A DNA stretch of 64,000 nt from Okamejei kenojei. Lineage: Eukaryota. Shown one piece after another: positions 39,126-52,624 of this stretch (within the stretch, counting starts at the first letter, position 1; each line of letters starts with the position of its first letter). Both the position numbers and the translations under genes were made by a program. The stretch is from the NCBI GenBank assembly GCA_035221665.1, contig CM069153.1, positions 36,704,001 to 36,768,000 of the forward strand, read 5' to 3'. The notes under the pieces are model-generated. The model ran no database searches and had not been told where the DNA came from. It saw nothing but the letters and a program-made list of their open reading frames with translations.

Positions 39126-42100
39126 TCCCTTGAATGTTGATGAGCAACCTCCAACAAGCAAACATCTTTTGGGTAAGGTCTAATCCAACCATTGGAATAT
39201 TTTTCCCTCAATGCCCATCGGCTTCAGTTTTATCAGGGCTCTTTCATGCAACTCTCTCAGTTACGGCTTTGATGTCAAGGGACCACACTTTCACCTCACC
39301 AATCAGCTCTTGGGTCCGTGATTGAGTCCAATGAGAACTGGTGCAAAGCGATCCTTGAAAAACAATACTGATCATTAGAGAGCATGTTATTGGCATTGCC
39401 TTGATAGAATTGTTGATTACACATTTTCCCTCCTGGCTGATGATTGAGGGATGATCAATTGAATTTATCCCAATTTCTGGACGGGATACACCCAGAGAGT
39501 TTCCCACATTGTACAATTACACCAAGCCTCTCTGACAAAGTGTTCGGCTAGAGGCCCAGTTGATGCCGACCACAAGACCATACCAGGGAATTATTATGCA
39601 AATGTTGGCTGATCACAAGCCTTGGCTGCATCCACAAGACATACGAGCAGAATTAGGCCATTTGGCCCATCGAGTCTACTCCACCATTCAACCCCATTTT
39701 CCTGCCTTCTCCCCATAACATTTGAACACCCTAACTAACCAAGAACCTGTCAATCTCCACTTTAAAAATACCCAGTATTCCCTGCTACATGGGGTAAACC
39801 ATACTGGCTATAACCAAGCTTCTGAGACAGTAGGAATCTCAGTGCTTTGGAAGAAAGCCTGGATCTTTATAAATAGATTGCGTTAGTGGTGTGATCTCCA
39901 TGGATGTTTTCAATTACCAACAATGGCATTAAAACCTGTGCTACACATTTAACCCCAAAGTCATATGGAAAATCCGGATGGCTACACAGCAAAGTGAATT
40001 TGTACACCAAGCTACAGCAGGCCCCTAATATCAGTAAGTCCACACTCCCTCGCAAAACAATTCTGGTGGTTCACTGGACCAAACTGGCAAGAATTTTAAT
40101 TTCCCAGCAGTGCTTAGAAACCTAGGCAAATCACAATGGGCATGTGCATGTGTTTAATGCATACTTACCAGTAACCATTTCAACTTAAATAATTAGACAG
40201 CTATTACATTAGCATAAATCAATAATTATGAAACACCTGAAAAGCCAAGAAGAATGCCTATGGAAACACGGGCAAACCACCCACAGCAGTTACCATCTCT
40301 CTCACTCCATTGGGGGTGAAACGGTCTTGTGCTGTCACTATAAAGTGAGATTACTTATGTAGTCTATGTACATTAAACCAAGTGACAGCAAACACTTTTG
40401 TTGTAGACCAGGGTCTGCAATTTGCTCTATAATGTTCATTTCCAGATATTATGCAAGGGCCCCTAGTAAAAGAAAGATCAGAAACTTAAATGATGAATGC
40501 CTGGTAAAAACAGAAAATGCTGCAGATATATTCAGCAGGTCAGGCAGTTTCCATGTAAATTGTATTATGTTTACCCAAAGATTCTGGCTCTCAAGCAATG
40601 GTAAGTGCAGTATGATGCATTTGCAAGAAGTTTCCACTCTGAGATTATTTTACTGCATATTAAAATAAGACTGCAGGAAATTCAAACAAGGGTCTCAATC
40701 TGTATTAAGGCAATTAATCTTTTGAGTCCTGTGGAAGAGGGGGTCAGGGGAAGAGACCCAAAAAGGCAAGAGGATATTGGAACAAGAAAACTTATGGCTA
40801 GTGGTGAGGTATAAGCTGTTGGGTAACAATTAGTGGAGCAGGTGGGGCCACAGAGGAAACTGTGGTTAGAACAAGAAACAGTCAATGCGGATATGGGGAA
40901 CTCAAGAAAGCAATCGAGGGTAACCAAAACCAATACCAAATGTAGACGTGCAACTGAGAAGAATGGGAAAAAAGAGGGAGCTGTTACAGCCAAAGTCATA
41001 CAGCACAAAAGCAGGTACTTCAGTCCATCACATCCATGCCAACTATTGCACCCACTGTTCTAACCCAAACCTTTTAAAGTCAGAAATGAACAATATAATT
41101 GTGGGAGAGAACAACAAACAGTTATGAAATGAGACAAGTGGGCATTGGGAAGAGAAACTGCCAGCCAGTCATACCAACTTGGTGAGGGAACAAATGCACT
41201 TTGAGCAGATTCACTCTTCCAGCTCTGCTCATCCAAGTCCCCAATTGTTGCAGATCTTTGGGGAGGGGGAAGGTCTGGTTGGGGAAAGACAGCACACACA
41301 TAATGAACTACAAGTCGGGTGTTCGTAACTCGCGGAGGACCCGCAAGACTGTCAGTCATACAGCAAAGAAACAAGTTATGAGGCAGAGTAAAGGCACTGC
41401 TCAAGATGAATTACTGAAGAACTTGGGAATTATTGCACAACAATAAGCATGGCCGAATCAACCACAAGCGAAACTCGATGATCCCTACAGCAGAAAATAA
41501 GCACAACTTCACAAACCAGTTCTGGGAAGCAAGGTGGAGTGAAAGTACACCAGGTCAGATTACAAAATTCCCAGCCAACACTTCACTTCCCACCCACCCC
41601 TTTTTGATTGCTTGACTAGAATATTGAACCAATGTTTCAGTTGTAAAGGTTTAATCCTCCCTGCCTGGAACAGCCCAACGATACAGTACTGGTTTCAAGT
41701 TTTTCCATTGGCGGTTGCTCTATGCAAGATCTACCAAATAAACCTTACATAAAACAATATTTGGATTTGTAGTATAGATGGAATTCAAGTTCTCATTTCA
41801 GTTTGATAGTAATTTGTACTTAAATTGGACACTAGTTTTTTTTTAAACTAATTTAATTGAGAACACATGCAACCAATCAACTGGGTGAGAATGGAATAAT
41901 TGAATCTAAAAAACAATCCTGAGCTCTCACTCAAGAGCTTAATACAGCTTTGCATGTCAATTGTCTGATGATATCCTAGAAGCATGTAAAGTTACATTAA
42001 TCAACATTACAGCAAATGCAGTCCTCCAGTGTTCTGGCGCCATGCCTACAGCCAGAGAAAACAAAATAAAACAATAGGCTCTGCTTTTCTTGTTTTGAGA

Positions 42101-44468
42101 TTAGACCATTTTAAAGTAATGTTGTAGAGTCCATTCTGTCATTTTGGCACAATACACTGATGAATTTGATAACAATTTAGGCCAAATTTGAATGTTTTAT
42201 CTTTGTTCCCAAATTTAATTTTGCACTGAACTGTACAATAGTTGCTAACATTTGTCCCAAATCACAGAGGAGAAATATTACACCAAATTATATTTCAAAT
42301 GGTGTAAAATTATCAGGGTATAATTCAGCATCGCAGTTTTCACCATCACTGGCTCTGACTTTTTATAGTCTTGTTGCCTGCCCTGGGAAAACTCACCATC
42401 CAATAGGCTGTGGAAGATTATTCTCCTCAGAATTTGTGCCAAAATGGAGATGTGCAAAAGTAAGAACAAGCTATTTCCACACTGAAGATATTCCCAATTA
42501 CAATATACTCTTTGTCCACATCAATATGCTAATATCTCAGAGTTGGCAGTCCTTCGGCAGCAGGATGAGGAATATAAGATCCACAATAAGACAATGCAAG
42601 AACAACTGTATGCATTTTTGATTGGGTAAAATGGCTAAGAGCTGGCAAGTGTCAGGTGTATAACTTAGAAATTATACTGCAAGACATTTATTGAGATAAT
42701 ATTCTCAAGGCAAGGAACCAGTTAAAAAGTTAACCTGATACTTAATTTGCTATATTTAGACCACAAGTTAAACAACAAGACTAAATCAGAAGCAAAATTA
42801 CCAAAAAACACTGGTTGCGTGGGTTAACAAGCCAGGTTGTTTTATGGGCCACGTACAGTCCAATAGTCAGATTATTTATTAGGTGGGTTTCAATAATGCT
42901 TTGCAGTGGGCCTGGGAAAGCTGTTTTTAGGAGATGGATTAGTAGTATGTCTGCAGCTTTTGATCAGGGATACAAGCTGTCAGTTAGCCTGGGCAAGAGG
43001 TGATATCAGCATGTTCCACAATCCTAATTGAGGTAAAAAGTTAATAATAGTTTGTTGTTCAGCCAAGCAGGAGCGGGGAAGTTTGTCCTCAGCAGTCCAG
43101 TGCCATGTAACAAAAGACAAGGGAGGGACAAGACAAGGGAGGGGAAATGGTCTGCCATATAAAATATGCTAATTTAACAAGAAAATAAATATTTTAGATA
43201 AGGACAATCTTCCAGTTGCATGTTTGAGGGATGCTTAGCAGGTATTCAATGCCAATATAGTCAAACCTTGACTATAGAACACAAAACCAAGTACTTGACA
43301 AGAGCAAGAGTAGTTGACCAGACATCCACTCAGGCCTAGTAACCCATATGCCTGTTAAATGCTGGTTTAGGTAGGCAAGGGTTACATTGTCTATAAAGCT
43401 AAAAATCACCTGCAGGTCAATCATTTAAAATCCAAGTAAAGAATCACAATAAAATCTATTGGTTTAAAGTTCAAATAACTTCAGTGAACAAGCAAATATA
43501 CAACTTAGCACACATTAAGAATACAAAAAAATGTCCAAATTAAATCGACATACACTTAAGGGGTTTAAATCATTTGTGCAATACTACCTTTATATTACTG
43601 AACATACACTTCAGGACGACAAGTTTGATTCCCACTCAGAAAATGGCTCTTCCCAACCTCTATCCTACAACCATGCTTCATTTTTGAACTCATCGGGCAT
43701 GTGCACCTGCACCCGTCACCTGGGAGCATTATAGATCCACTTAAGTCCATGTTTAGCTTCATGGACTGGCAGAGATTCGGCAGAGCAGATTGGCTGCAAA
43801 TTATACAATATTTCCTTTGTTCTAATGAAACCAAAGCAATGGAAACATTTCTAAAAACAGCATCTACAGACTGGACCCACATGCTTCCAGCATTCCATCT
43901 TTATTTCTGTAAACCATAAGGTAATCCACAGGGCACAAATTCTAGTTGCTCTCCAATAATCATGTACATTCATATGATATCAAGTCTTTTTTTGTAGTTC
44001 ACGATAATGTATACATCCAGCCTTAGCATTTTTTTTGAAATGCTCATCCAGCCCACTGTCACCCGAAGATGTGACCATTCTAAACACTTTCCTGGCTGCC
44101 CACTACTGTGTTCGGACTCCAGTACATCTGAATTCTGCGGCCATGACAACATGCACCAACTGCTGCTTATCTACCTATTGACCCCTGTTAACCAACAACT
44201 CGTTTTAAAAACAGAATTAATTGTAGGTGCAAATTTAAACTAGTAGGGCATAATGTAGGTCTGCAAGGAACAAAAAAAAAAATGGTAAGAGTCATTTTAT
44301 GATGACATTGAAATGACTTCAACAATAAAAAGGAAAACAAAAAGTTAAGTAGCCGCAGAGATAAAGCAAACATCGGTAGATCTTCACAATCCCAAAATAA
44401 TATGGTGGAAATAATCACCTAGTCAGGAAACATCTGTGGAGAAGGAAACAGTTAACATTTCATTAAGA

Positions 44469-44734
44469 TTGACACAAAATGCTGGAATAACACAGTGAGA
44501 CAGGCAACAGCTCTGGAGCGAAGGAATGTGTGATGTTTCAGGTCGAGACCCTTCTTCAGACTGAAGATCTTATTTTAAAGATATGCCCTCTAGTTCTAGA
44601 TTTGAAGTTTGAAGAAGGGTCTCGAACCAAAACTTTACCCATTGCTTCTCTCCAGAGATGCTGCCTGTCCCACTGAGTTCCTCCAGCATTTTGTGTCTAT
44701 CTTCGGTTTAAACCAGCACCTGCAGTTCCTTCCC
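44469..44734. mobile_element. Inverted pair of PLE terminal repeats with spacer and 15-bp TSD
   Basis: Minus copy ~44470-44561, plus copy ~44610-44734; TSD aacatttcatt(a/g)aga at 44454-44468 and 44735-44749. Confidence 0.82.
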
Positions 44735-47700
44735 AACATTTCATTGAGACGTCTCCTCAGATAATCGACCACTGACCTGAAATGCTGAGTAAAAGCTAAC
44801 AGTTGCCGCTGTGAATGATCAAATTAAAGCAAACATGTTGCAATGGAAAGGTAGCTTTAATTTATTGGAATCTTGCTTTCATTCCAGTAGGGTATAGGAA
44901 TATCCTACAATAAAGCTGAAGCCATATTTGATCTAGCAATATTTGCTTGCCCAGTGCTAGAGAATCACTAAAACTGCCCTGCTCTATCAATCAGTTATAT
45001 CACAACTTATTTCATCTCAACTTCAACTCTTACACATTTTCCCATTAACCCACAATTTCTTTATTGTCTTAGCCTTTATATTTAGTGATTGATCCTCCAC
45101 AGTTCACTACGACAGAATTCAATTTCACCGACATCAGAAGAATAAATTCTTCATTTCAGGGATACCATTCTCAAATTACTGACTAGCAAACCTCTTCAGA
45201 ATCGCGTGGAAGATCCTCTCTTATTGGATGAAAAGACACTTCCATCCCATTAGAGCATTGCAAATTGTGAGGCTACAGAAATTAAAGTTCTCCAGGCAAG
45301 ACGTCAGACACCCTATAAAGTTATAGCAACACACTTGATGTTTTAAGATAATGAAAGGAATTGGGGCATGGATTGATGCGTTTTTAAATGGAAGCGGATA
45401 TGGTGGGGGAAAAGTTCAATGGGAGTTTGGCGGTCTGAAGAACAGGGGAGATCAAACGTAAAACTCTTCTGGAAAGCAATAATGCCAGCACAATGAAGAA
45501 TTTCAAATCTAAGATGTATACACACCCATCCTGCAAAAATGGAAAGGATCCAAGACAGGTGACTGGTCGAGATATGATCTGCTTACTGAACTGCAGAGCA
45601 GGATTAAAAGGTCAAGTGGCCTACTGCTTTCCCAAAAAGATGTAGTAGGACCTTGTGTAAGAAAGAACTGCAGATGTTGGTTTAAATCAAAGGTAGACGC
45701 AAAATGTTGGAGTAACTCAACATCTCCAAGTAGCAACTCTGGCGAGGAGGAATGGGTTACGTTTTGGGTCGAGATCCTTCTTAGGACCATCCATCCTTCA
45801 GATAGTTTAAGATTTCATTTAAATGAAGGATGGAGGCAGTTAAGAAAATATTATTTTTTCTCTCACATCTCAAATGGACAAGTCAAATGGACACAGAACC
45901 TAGTGTTTTTTCCACCACCATAGACATTGGTCCACAAATATTTCACCAATTTTACTTCCCATTTTGTGACTAGCTCAACTATTACTTTTCTATTTTAACA
46001 AGGACAAAAATAATTGCTGTTGAAACCCTTGTAAACCAGGTTAAATATTCTCTGGGACAAAAGGGAAAAGATTCAACCGAACACAAATGGTAAACTTATC
46101 CAGGAAAAGAATGCAGGGCAATGTAATGAGCAGTCAACTGGAATTCGAATTGAATGTAGGACAATCTTATCAATTGCTCAATCAAGATTAATCATGAATC
46201 GATTTGCAGAGTTGTTAATTTACCATGTCTGTGTCATGGTTACCACAGATTGAGAAAAATAATGACTCACCAATTTCTCAGTGAGGCATAAAATTAGAGG
46301 CATTTCCTGCACCGAAAGTAGCAAAAACACTAATGTTTGCTACCAGTTATCGAGACGTAACCACATTTGTTAGTGTAACAACCCAACAATTTCAATAGTT
46401 ATACAACAGGATCTTTTTTTCACAAATACTGGCTACATTGCAGGTCCAAATGACAACACAGCAGATACATTCAATTTAAATGAAAAATTATGGAAGGTCT
46501 GTCCAGATTATTTATAGCCAATATCAAGTTCCTTAGAGTAAATATCACCAGCAACTTGTCCTGCGCACACCAACGCCTCTACTTCCATAGAAGGCTTAAA
46601 TAGTTCACCATGTCTCCAACAACACCAACTTCCACAGATGCGCCGTAGAAGCATTGTATCACAGCACGGTTTGGGAACAGCTCTTCAAGAGCTTTTCAAG
46701 AGAGAGTTAGTTAGATATAGCTCTTAGGGCTAACGGAATCAAGGGATGCAGGGAAAAAGTAAGGAACGGGGTACTGAGTTTGGATGATCAGCAATGATCA
46801 TATTGACAATAGTACCCCTGTGGATGAATGGCGGTGCTGGATTGAAATGGCCTACTCCTGCACCTAGTTTCTTTGTTTCTACAAAAACATCAAACTCATT
46901 GGAAACGCCTCAAACTATCTCTAATCTGGCTTTAACTGGCACTAAATCTTATTCCCTTTGTGCTATATCTGTACACTGTGGACGGCTCAATTGTACTCTT
47001 GTACAGTCTTTCCACTGACTAGATAGTATGCAAAAAAAAAAAAACTTTTCACTGTATCTCAGTACACATGATAATAAACTAAACTAAAGTGGGCCTCATT
47101 ACTGAAAGCAATTCTCTCCACCGACCCCATCACAGCAAGATACAGGAAGGCAGGTCCAATTTAAGCATTCTAGGGTCATTTGAAGCTTCCTTGCCATCAA
47201 ATGAAATCAGGTAACCAATACAAAATTCTGCCTGAAATCATTCAAACTTAATAGGGCACACTGAATCGATACTGACAATTAAATCATTAAATTCCACAGT
47301 TTAAAATTTTTTTTTTTTTTAAATCAGCCATTTACTGGAAATTTCTAATCAGCTGGCCTCTAGTTGGAGAAATGTTTTTAAATTGTGCATTATGGTTTGT
47401 ATTACATCAGTACTCCGTTAGGAAAAGCAGATTTTGCTACTTATGCTGGCCTTTAAATGTAGACAAATGCTCTTAAAGTAAAAATCTTCAATGAAACAGC
47501 CCATTGACAATAACCAAGGCAAAGCAGATTCTGTACATTCTGATCAGGTATCATGAAGGAACATACAAATGCTGCAGTTGTAACTGGTCAACACGGTACA
47601 ACAACCCATACACGGAGTTTTAAAGTGTTCCATATAAACAAAATATTTGGCCCAAACGCATTGTTATTTTAAAAGAGGCATTTGATTTAAACCAAAAGGA

Positions 47701-48742
47701 AAGCATTTCAAAATACCGCATTAGTAATAAATTGTTGGTACATTTCCAGAGTAAAAACAAATAATTTCCCAAGTCACAGATGCCAGAAACCCAGTCACAA
47801 ATTTCTCACCAGACAAGTGAAACTATACAGGTTAGAACAAGCATTGATGACACCAAGCAACAGTATTTGCACATTAGTTGTGTAGCAAGTACAGAAAAAC
47901 ACATACATTGACTTACAACTCTATCAGGGCTGCTCACAACGCATGTCATTTTTATACTTCACTACTAAAAAATGCAAAAACCCGTTGCAATAGAGATTCT
48001 TTCAGCTGCACGGCAGTTACAAAGTTATAATCAGGGCTGGGAATGATTTTAAGGAGATAAATTAAGATCACAGAAACAATATATCTAGGCACAAATGAAA
48101 CAGCATTTGCACTAGAACCTCAATACTGAGCTTCCAATCCATTTCTTCTGCTACAATAACCGAGATAAGCTCAAAAATATCAAAACTCACCCATGCTTCT
48201 TGCTACTTGTTCCTGACTGACCTACCACCCAATATAAATTGCAATTCACCCAAATATTTTCTGCATAACTGTTCTACAGTGGCTCTTATAGAGTAATCAA
48301 CCTCAGCTGACCCAGGTCTCAAAACTTACCCTATTGTCAAATCACTTTCTGACCGTACCCCAATCCTGATTTTTTCCCCCCAATACTGTATCTGCATATT
48401 GTTCCACTCCCCTCTTCCTCTCCCCCAGTTTACCTTCTTCCGCAATCCTCTACTTCATCTGATCACAGACATACACACTTTCGATTGCCAAAGCCGAAAA
48501 GGCTCTGCCTTTGTGTCAAAGTCTCCAAAACTTTCTTTATCTGTAGCCCTTTCTGAACTAGTCACTGAGCAAATCCAGGTGGCAGATGTGCTCTGCTAAC
48601 AAACAATATCTATAGGACCAGATCTTAGCTCGGGATTTAAAGTGAAGGACCAAGTCAGCTGTACACTCAGTCTTAACCATGCTGACGGAAATTCGCTTTT
48701 GTATTAAGTTAGATCACATTTTCACAGTTCCAAAGTCCTCCT

Positions 48743-48905
48743 TGCTGGTTTACACTGAAGATAGACACAAATGCTGGAGTAGGTCAGGCAGCATCGCTAG
48801 AGAAAAATAATAGGTGACGTTTTAGGTTAGTCTGAAGAAGGGTCTCGACCCAAAACGTCACCTATTCCTTCTCTCCAGAGATGCTACCTGACCCACTGAG
48901 TTACT
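48743..48905. mobile_element. Inverted pair of PLE terminal repeats
   Basis: aggtcaggcagcatc…taggtgacgtttt followed by tctgaagaagggtctcgacccaaaacgtcaccta…gatgctacctgacc. Confidence 0.8.
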
Positions 48906-49698
48906 TTTTGAGGTATAATCATTTCAGTAAACACGGTACCCAAATGTGCAGCGCACGACCAAACAAGAATCAGGAGGACCGATAAGTTAGTCCTTTTGCT
49001 GTACCTTTGGGACCCTGGCAAGCGTGCAATCTTGCACATTTTATTCCATACCAGGCTGGCCACTGCATTAAATATGGCAAACCCACTGCACACCTGTTCA
49101 GGGATGAAACACCAAATAAAGAGGATAATCACTAAAAATATACCATGCTAAACTGGACAAAGCACAGTGTCTAGCCAATACAACCCAACCCATATGACTC
49201 ATCAGGATACACATCCCAGACTCTTGGTCAGAACCTGCCAAGCTTTGTGGGATATACAATGAACATATGACATGCAAAATGACCCTACTACCCTTGTCTA
49301 ACAGTAACCATGTCACTTCTGCTAAACCCCAAAACACCCCCCCCCCCATCCCTCACTCTTCTGAGTCACCGCCCCCTCTCCGCCCCGACCCCCCACTTCA
49401 TCCACGATTCTTCACAAGCCCCCCCCCCCCCCCTCCACTACTGTAGCGTTTTCACCAACTCCCACTTCCTACTCTCCATTCCTTCTCTCCAGAGATACTC
49501 CCTACTGAAATTACTCCAGCATTTTGTGTCTCCCTTAGATTTATACCAGCATCTGCAGTTCTTTCCTACACATACACTCAAGTGAGGTCAGTCTTAACAT
49601 CCATATGAAAAACATAGGCATTTATGTATGGCAATACAGGTCATACAAGACCAGACATTACCTTATATAGTCCATCAGAAAAGCAGGCACAATCACTG

Positions 49699-49729
<31 letters not shown>

Positions 49730-50324
49730 ATGTTTAATTGTTACCTTGTTTCTCCGATATTAATTAAGCCCCATTTTCTAGAGGTCCTTACCCAACTTTG
49801 CCCATTCCTTTCATTTTTAATATCCATTGACATTTTTACAGTGTATGCAAGTTCTATCAAAATCAATGTATTCACCTTTTTGAGCAGCAGTCTTTCACTG
49901 TGAGATCCTGAAAAAAAAAATCAGTCCTCTGTTTTAACACTAGACTTGCTACTTTGCATGCCCTACTTTTCAATTTAACATGACCCTTAACTAGAAATAA
50001 AGGAGCACAAGGGATGAAAATGACCTAGTTCAGTTTCTATTCAGTCCAGGAACAGAAATATCTACACCTATGCAGGCAGCTTTTTAGGCACATTTCGCTT
50101 ATACCTACAAACATTCTCCAGAAACTGCAATGCTCTATTATTTATGCTATAAAAAATAGATGCATCAGGTGTTAGTAAGCTAGATGTTTGAATTAACAAT
50201 CTGGAGAGTCCAATTCAAATCTCACCACGGCATTTGTGGAATTTAAATTAAGTTAGTAATCTAGATTTTTAACAAGACCCAAACATAGAACACCAGAACT
50301 GAGCCCACTCAGTCATTCATCGTG

Positions 50325-50457
50325 TGTACGAAAGGAACTGCCGATTCTGGTTTACACCAAAAATAGACACAGAATGCTGGAGTAACTCAGCGGGACAGAC
50401 AGCATCTCTCCAGGGAAGGAATGGGTGACGTTTCGGCTAAAGACCCTTCTGCAGACT
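50325..50457 (-). mobile_element. PLE terminal-repeat fragment
   Basis: aaggaactg…gctggagtaactcagcggg…gtgacgtttcggctaaagacccttctgcagact. Confidence 0.8.
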
Positions 50458-50479
50458 CTGACGGATCTTTACCACAGCT

Positions 50480-50985
50480 CCATTATCAAGCATATCCCTC
50501 AGTTTGCTCAGTATCCAACATTATTTTCAATCTCTACTTGAATGCAAGCAAATGCTGAACCTCCACTGTCTAAGGTAGAGAATTCCAAAAGATTCAGTAC
50601 CTTGGTGAAGTAGCTCTTTATTTCAATCCTAACTAATGCAGCATTTATTCTGAAACTCTGACCCTTGGTTCTAAGCTCAAACTCCTCAGCCAGGGGAAAC
50701 CTCCCCATGTCCACTTTCTCAAGCCTTGCAAGAATGTTGTAATTTTTTATTACATTATTTCTCATTCTTCCGAATTCTAGAGAATGCAGTTGCAACTTAA
50801 TGTCCCCTTGTGTGGAACCCACCATCCCTGGAACCAGGCAGTTGAATCTTCATTGTATCCCCATTACGCAAGTACATCTTTAAGTAAGGCGCCAAAACTA
50901 TATGCAACGTTCCACGCACAGCTTCATTGAGGTCCCCTGTAACTACTGGAAGACATTTTTACTCTGTTCAAATCCTCTCTCAGTA
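50480..50985 (-). mobile_element. Degenerate CR1 3' fragment
   Basis: LHSLEFGRMRNNVIKNYNIL. Confidence 0.75.
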
Positions 50986-51494
50986 ACGACAGTCTTAAGG
51001 GGCTCGACCCAAAACCTTGTCTATCTATTTCCCTTCACATATGCCGTTTGGCCTGCTGAGTTCCTATGGCTTTGCTTTTTGCCTTCCTTATCACACACAC
51101 TTCACCATAACTCAGTGACTTATGAACAAGGAACCTTGAACAATCGTCACCAGTCGGTCACCGAGGTAAAAAAAGGTTACTTTTCTGTTCTTTGCAAAAC
51201 CCAATAACCTATTTTTCAACTTTCTGCACCACCTACCCATGTTCTTACACACTCACTCAGCTTATACAAGTGAAGCATTTTAATATTCTACCCAATATTC
51301 AAAATTTCTCAGTACCATCTGCAAACTTAGAAATGTGCTTTGATTAGGTTCCCTCTAACAAATCATTGATATAGATCACAGAGATTTGGGGCTTTAGCAC
51401 CACACCTCACGTTGGTCAACTTGAGAAATTAAACAAATCCTTAAAAAGTGGTGAAACTCCACAGGGCTTCATGCATGCTATACAGCATACAGGC

Positions 51495-52624
51495 CAGGCA
51501 CTGCCTACCCTGACTAAAATTATAATAATTAAATATAAATAGTAAAGGCACGGGAGAATTATGCCTACCTAAGAGATCGATCCCTTAGGTAGGCATAATT
51601 CTCCGTGCCTTTCATGCGCAGTACATGTAATACGGGAAAGTGTGTACAGACCACGTGCCGAGGACGCTGCTTCAAGCCGTCAATTTCAAGCAGAGCTGAA
51701 GGCAGCTAAAATTTTGCCTTTGCAGCGTGGACGCAGCGCAAGCGGCTGTAAAAGGACAGCGCTGCTGGGGGGGGGGGGGGGGGGGGGGGGGGGAAAGAGT
51801 TCCTTTCACAGTGTGTGGGGAGTCTGGCCAGCGGTAAAGTTGCAGGAGGGCAGGAGCGTTGAGAAGGAGGGGGTCGGGGATCATGCCAGAGCAACCAGCT
51901 CCAGAGCAGTTCAGCGGGCGATGGATAACAGGACAGCGGGCAGTGGAGCTTACTACATGGGTCAGTGCGAGTAACCTCAATTGGTCCCTTGTTAGTGCTG
52001 ACACAGGAGTGTCCACTCCCTGCTGTCCTGTTATCCATCACCCACTGACCCGCTCTATGATCTTTGCTCTTGAGCTGGTCCCCTCACTGTTCAGACAGAG
52101 AGCACTGCCAGAGGTGAGCGGGCCGGCAGAAGGCACTGAGGTCCAGCGGCCGCTCGCAGCCATCTAAGCTGCGTCCCTCCCCGGCAACAATGCCGTGGCT
52201 CCATGCCCAGAGCGCCGCGGCAGCTGCAAGTGAGTTGCTAGCATGACCCCCGACCCCCTCCTTCTCAACGCTCCTGCCCTCCCCGCAACTTTACCCCTGG
52301 CCAGACTCACCACACACTGTGAAAGGAACTCTTCCCCCCAATTGGACCCTTGAACTAGTATTGTCATTCAATAAGATCACAACTGATTCAACTTGTCCCG
52401 GTGTGCTCCCGTTTTTCCCACTACCTGCCGTCACCCTCCACCCCCCACCCATTCAGTAATTCAGAATGAGGGAGATTTGGAAGCCTTGGGCAAATTGAAT
52501 TGTTACTTTCTTTATTTTTATTCTTTTATTTTACGGAGGAGAACAATCTGCGCATGCGCGGTTTAAGTTTTTTTTAAAGCCGACTGAGTGCCTACCCTGA
52601 GTAATTACTCACGGCACGTGCCTG
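51495..52624. mobile_element. Non-autonomous hAT-like DNA transposon with internal palindrome and nested inverted repeats
   Basis: 8-bp TSD atacaggc at 51487-51494 and 52625-52632; termini caggcac…gtgcctg; subterminal tgcctaccctga near both ends; no transposase ORF. Confidence 0.8.

Noticed and set aside
40160-40175. Strong minus-strand donor (TG|GTAAGTAT) as an alternative LLGL2 5' exon; similar site near 28475
   Set aside because: No supporting acceptor, promoter or coding signal; such motifs occur by chance in 30 kb
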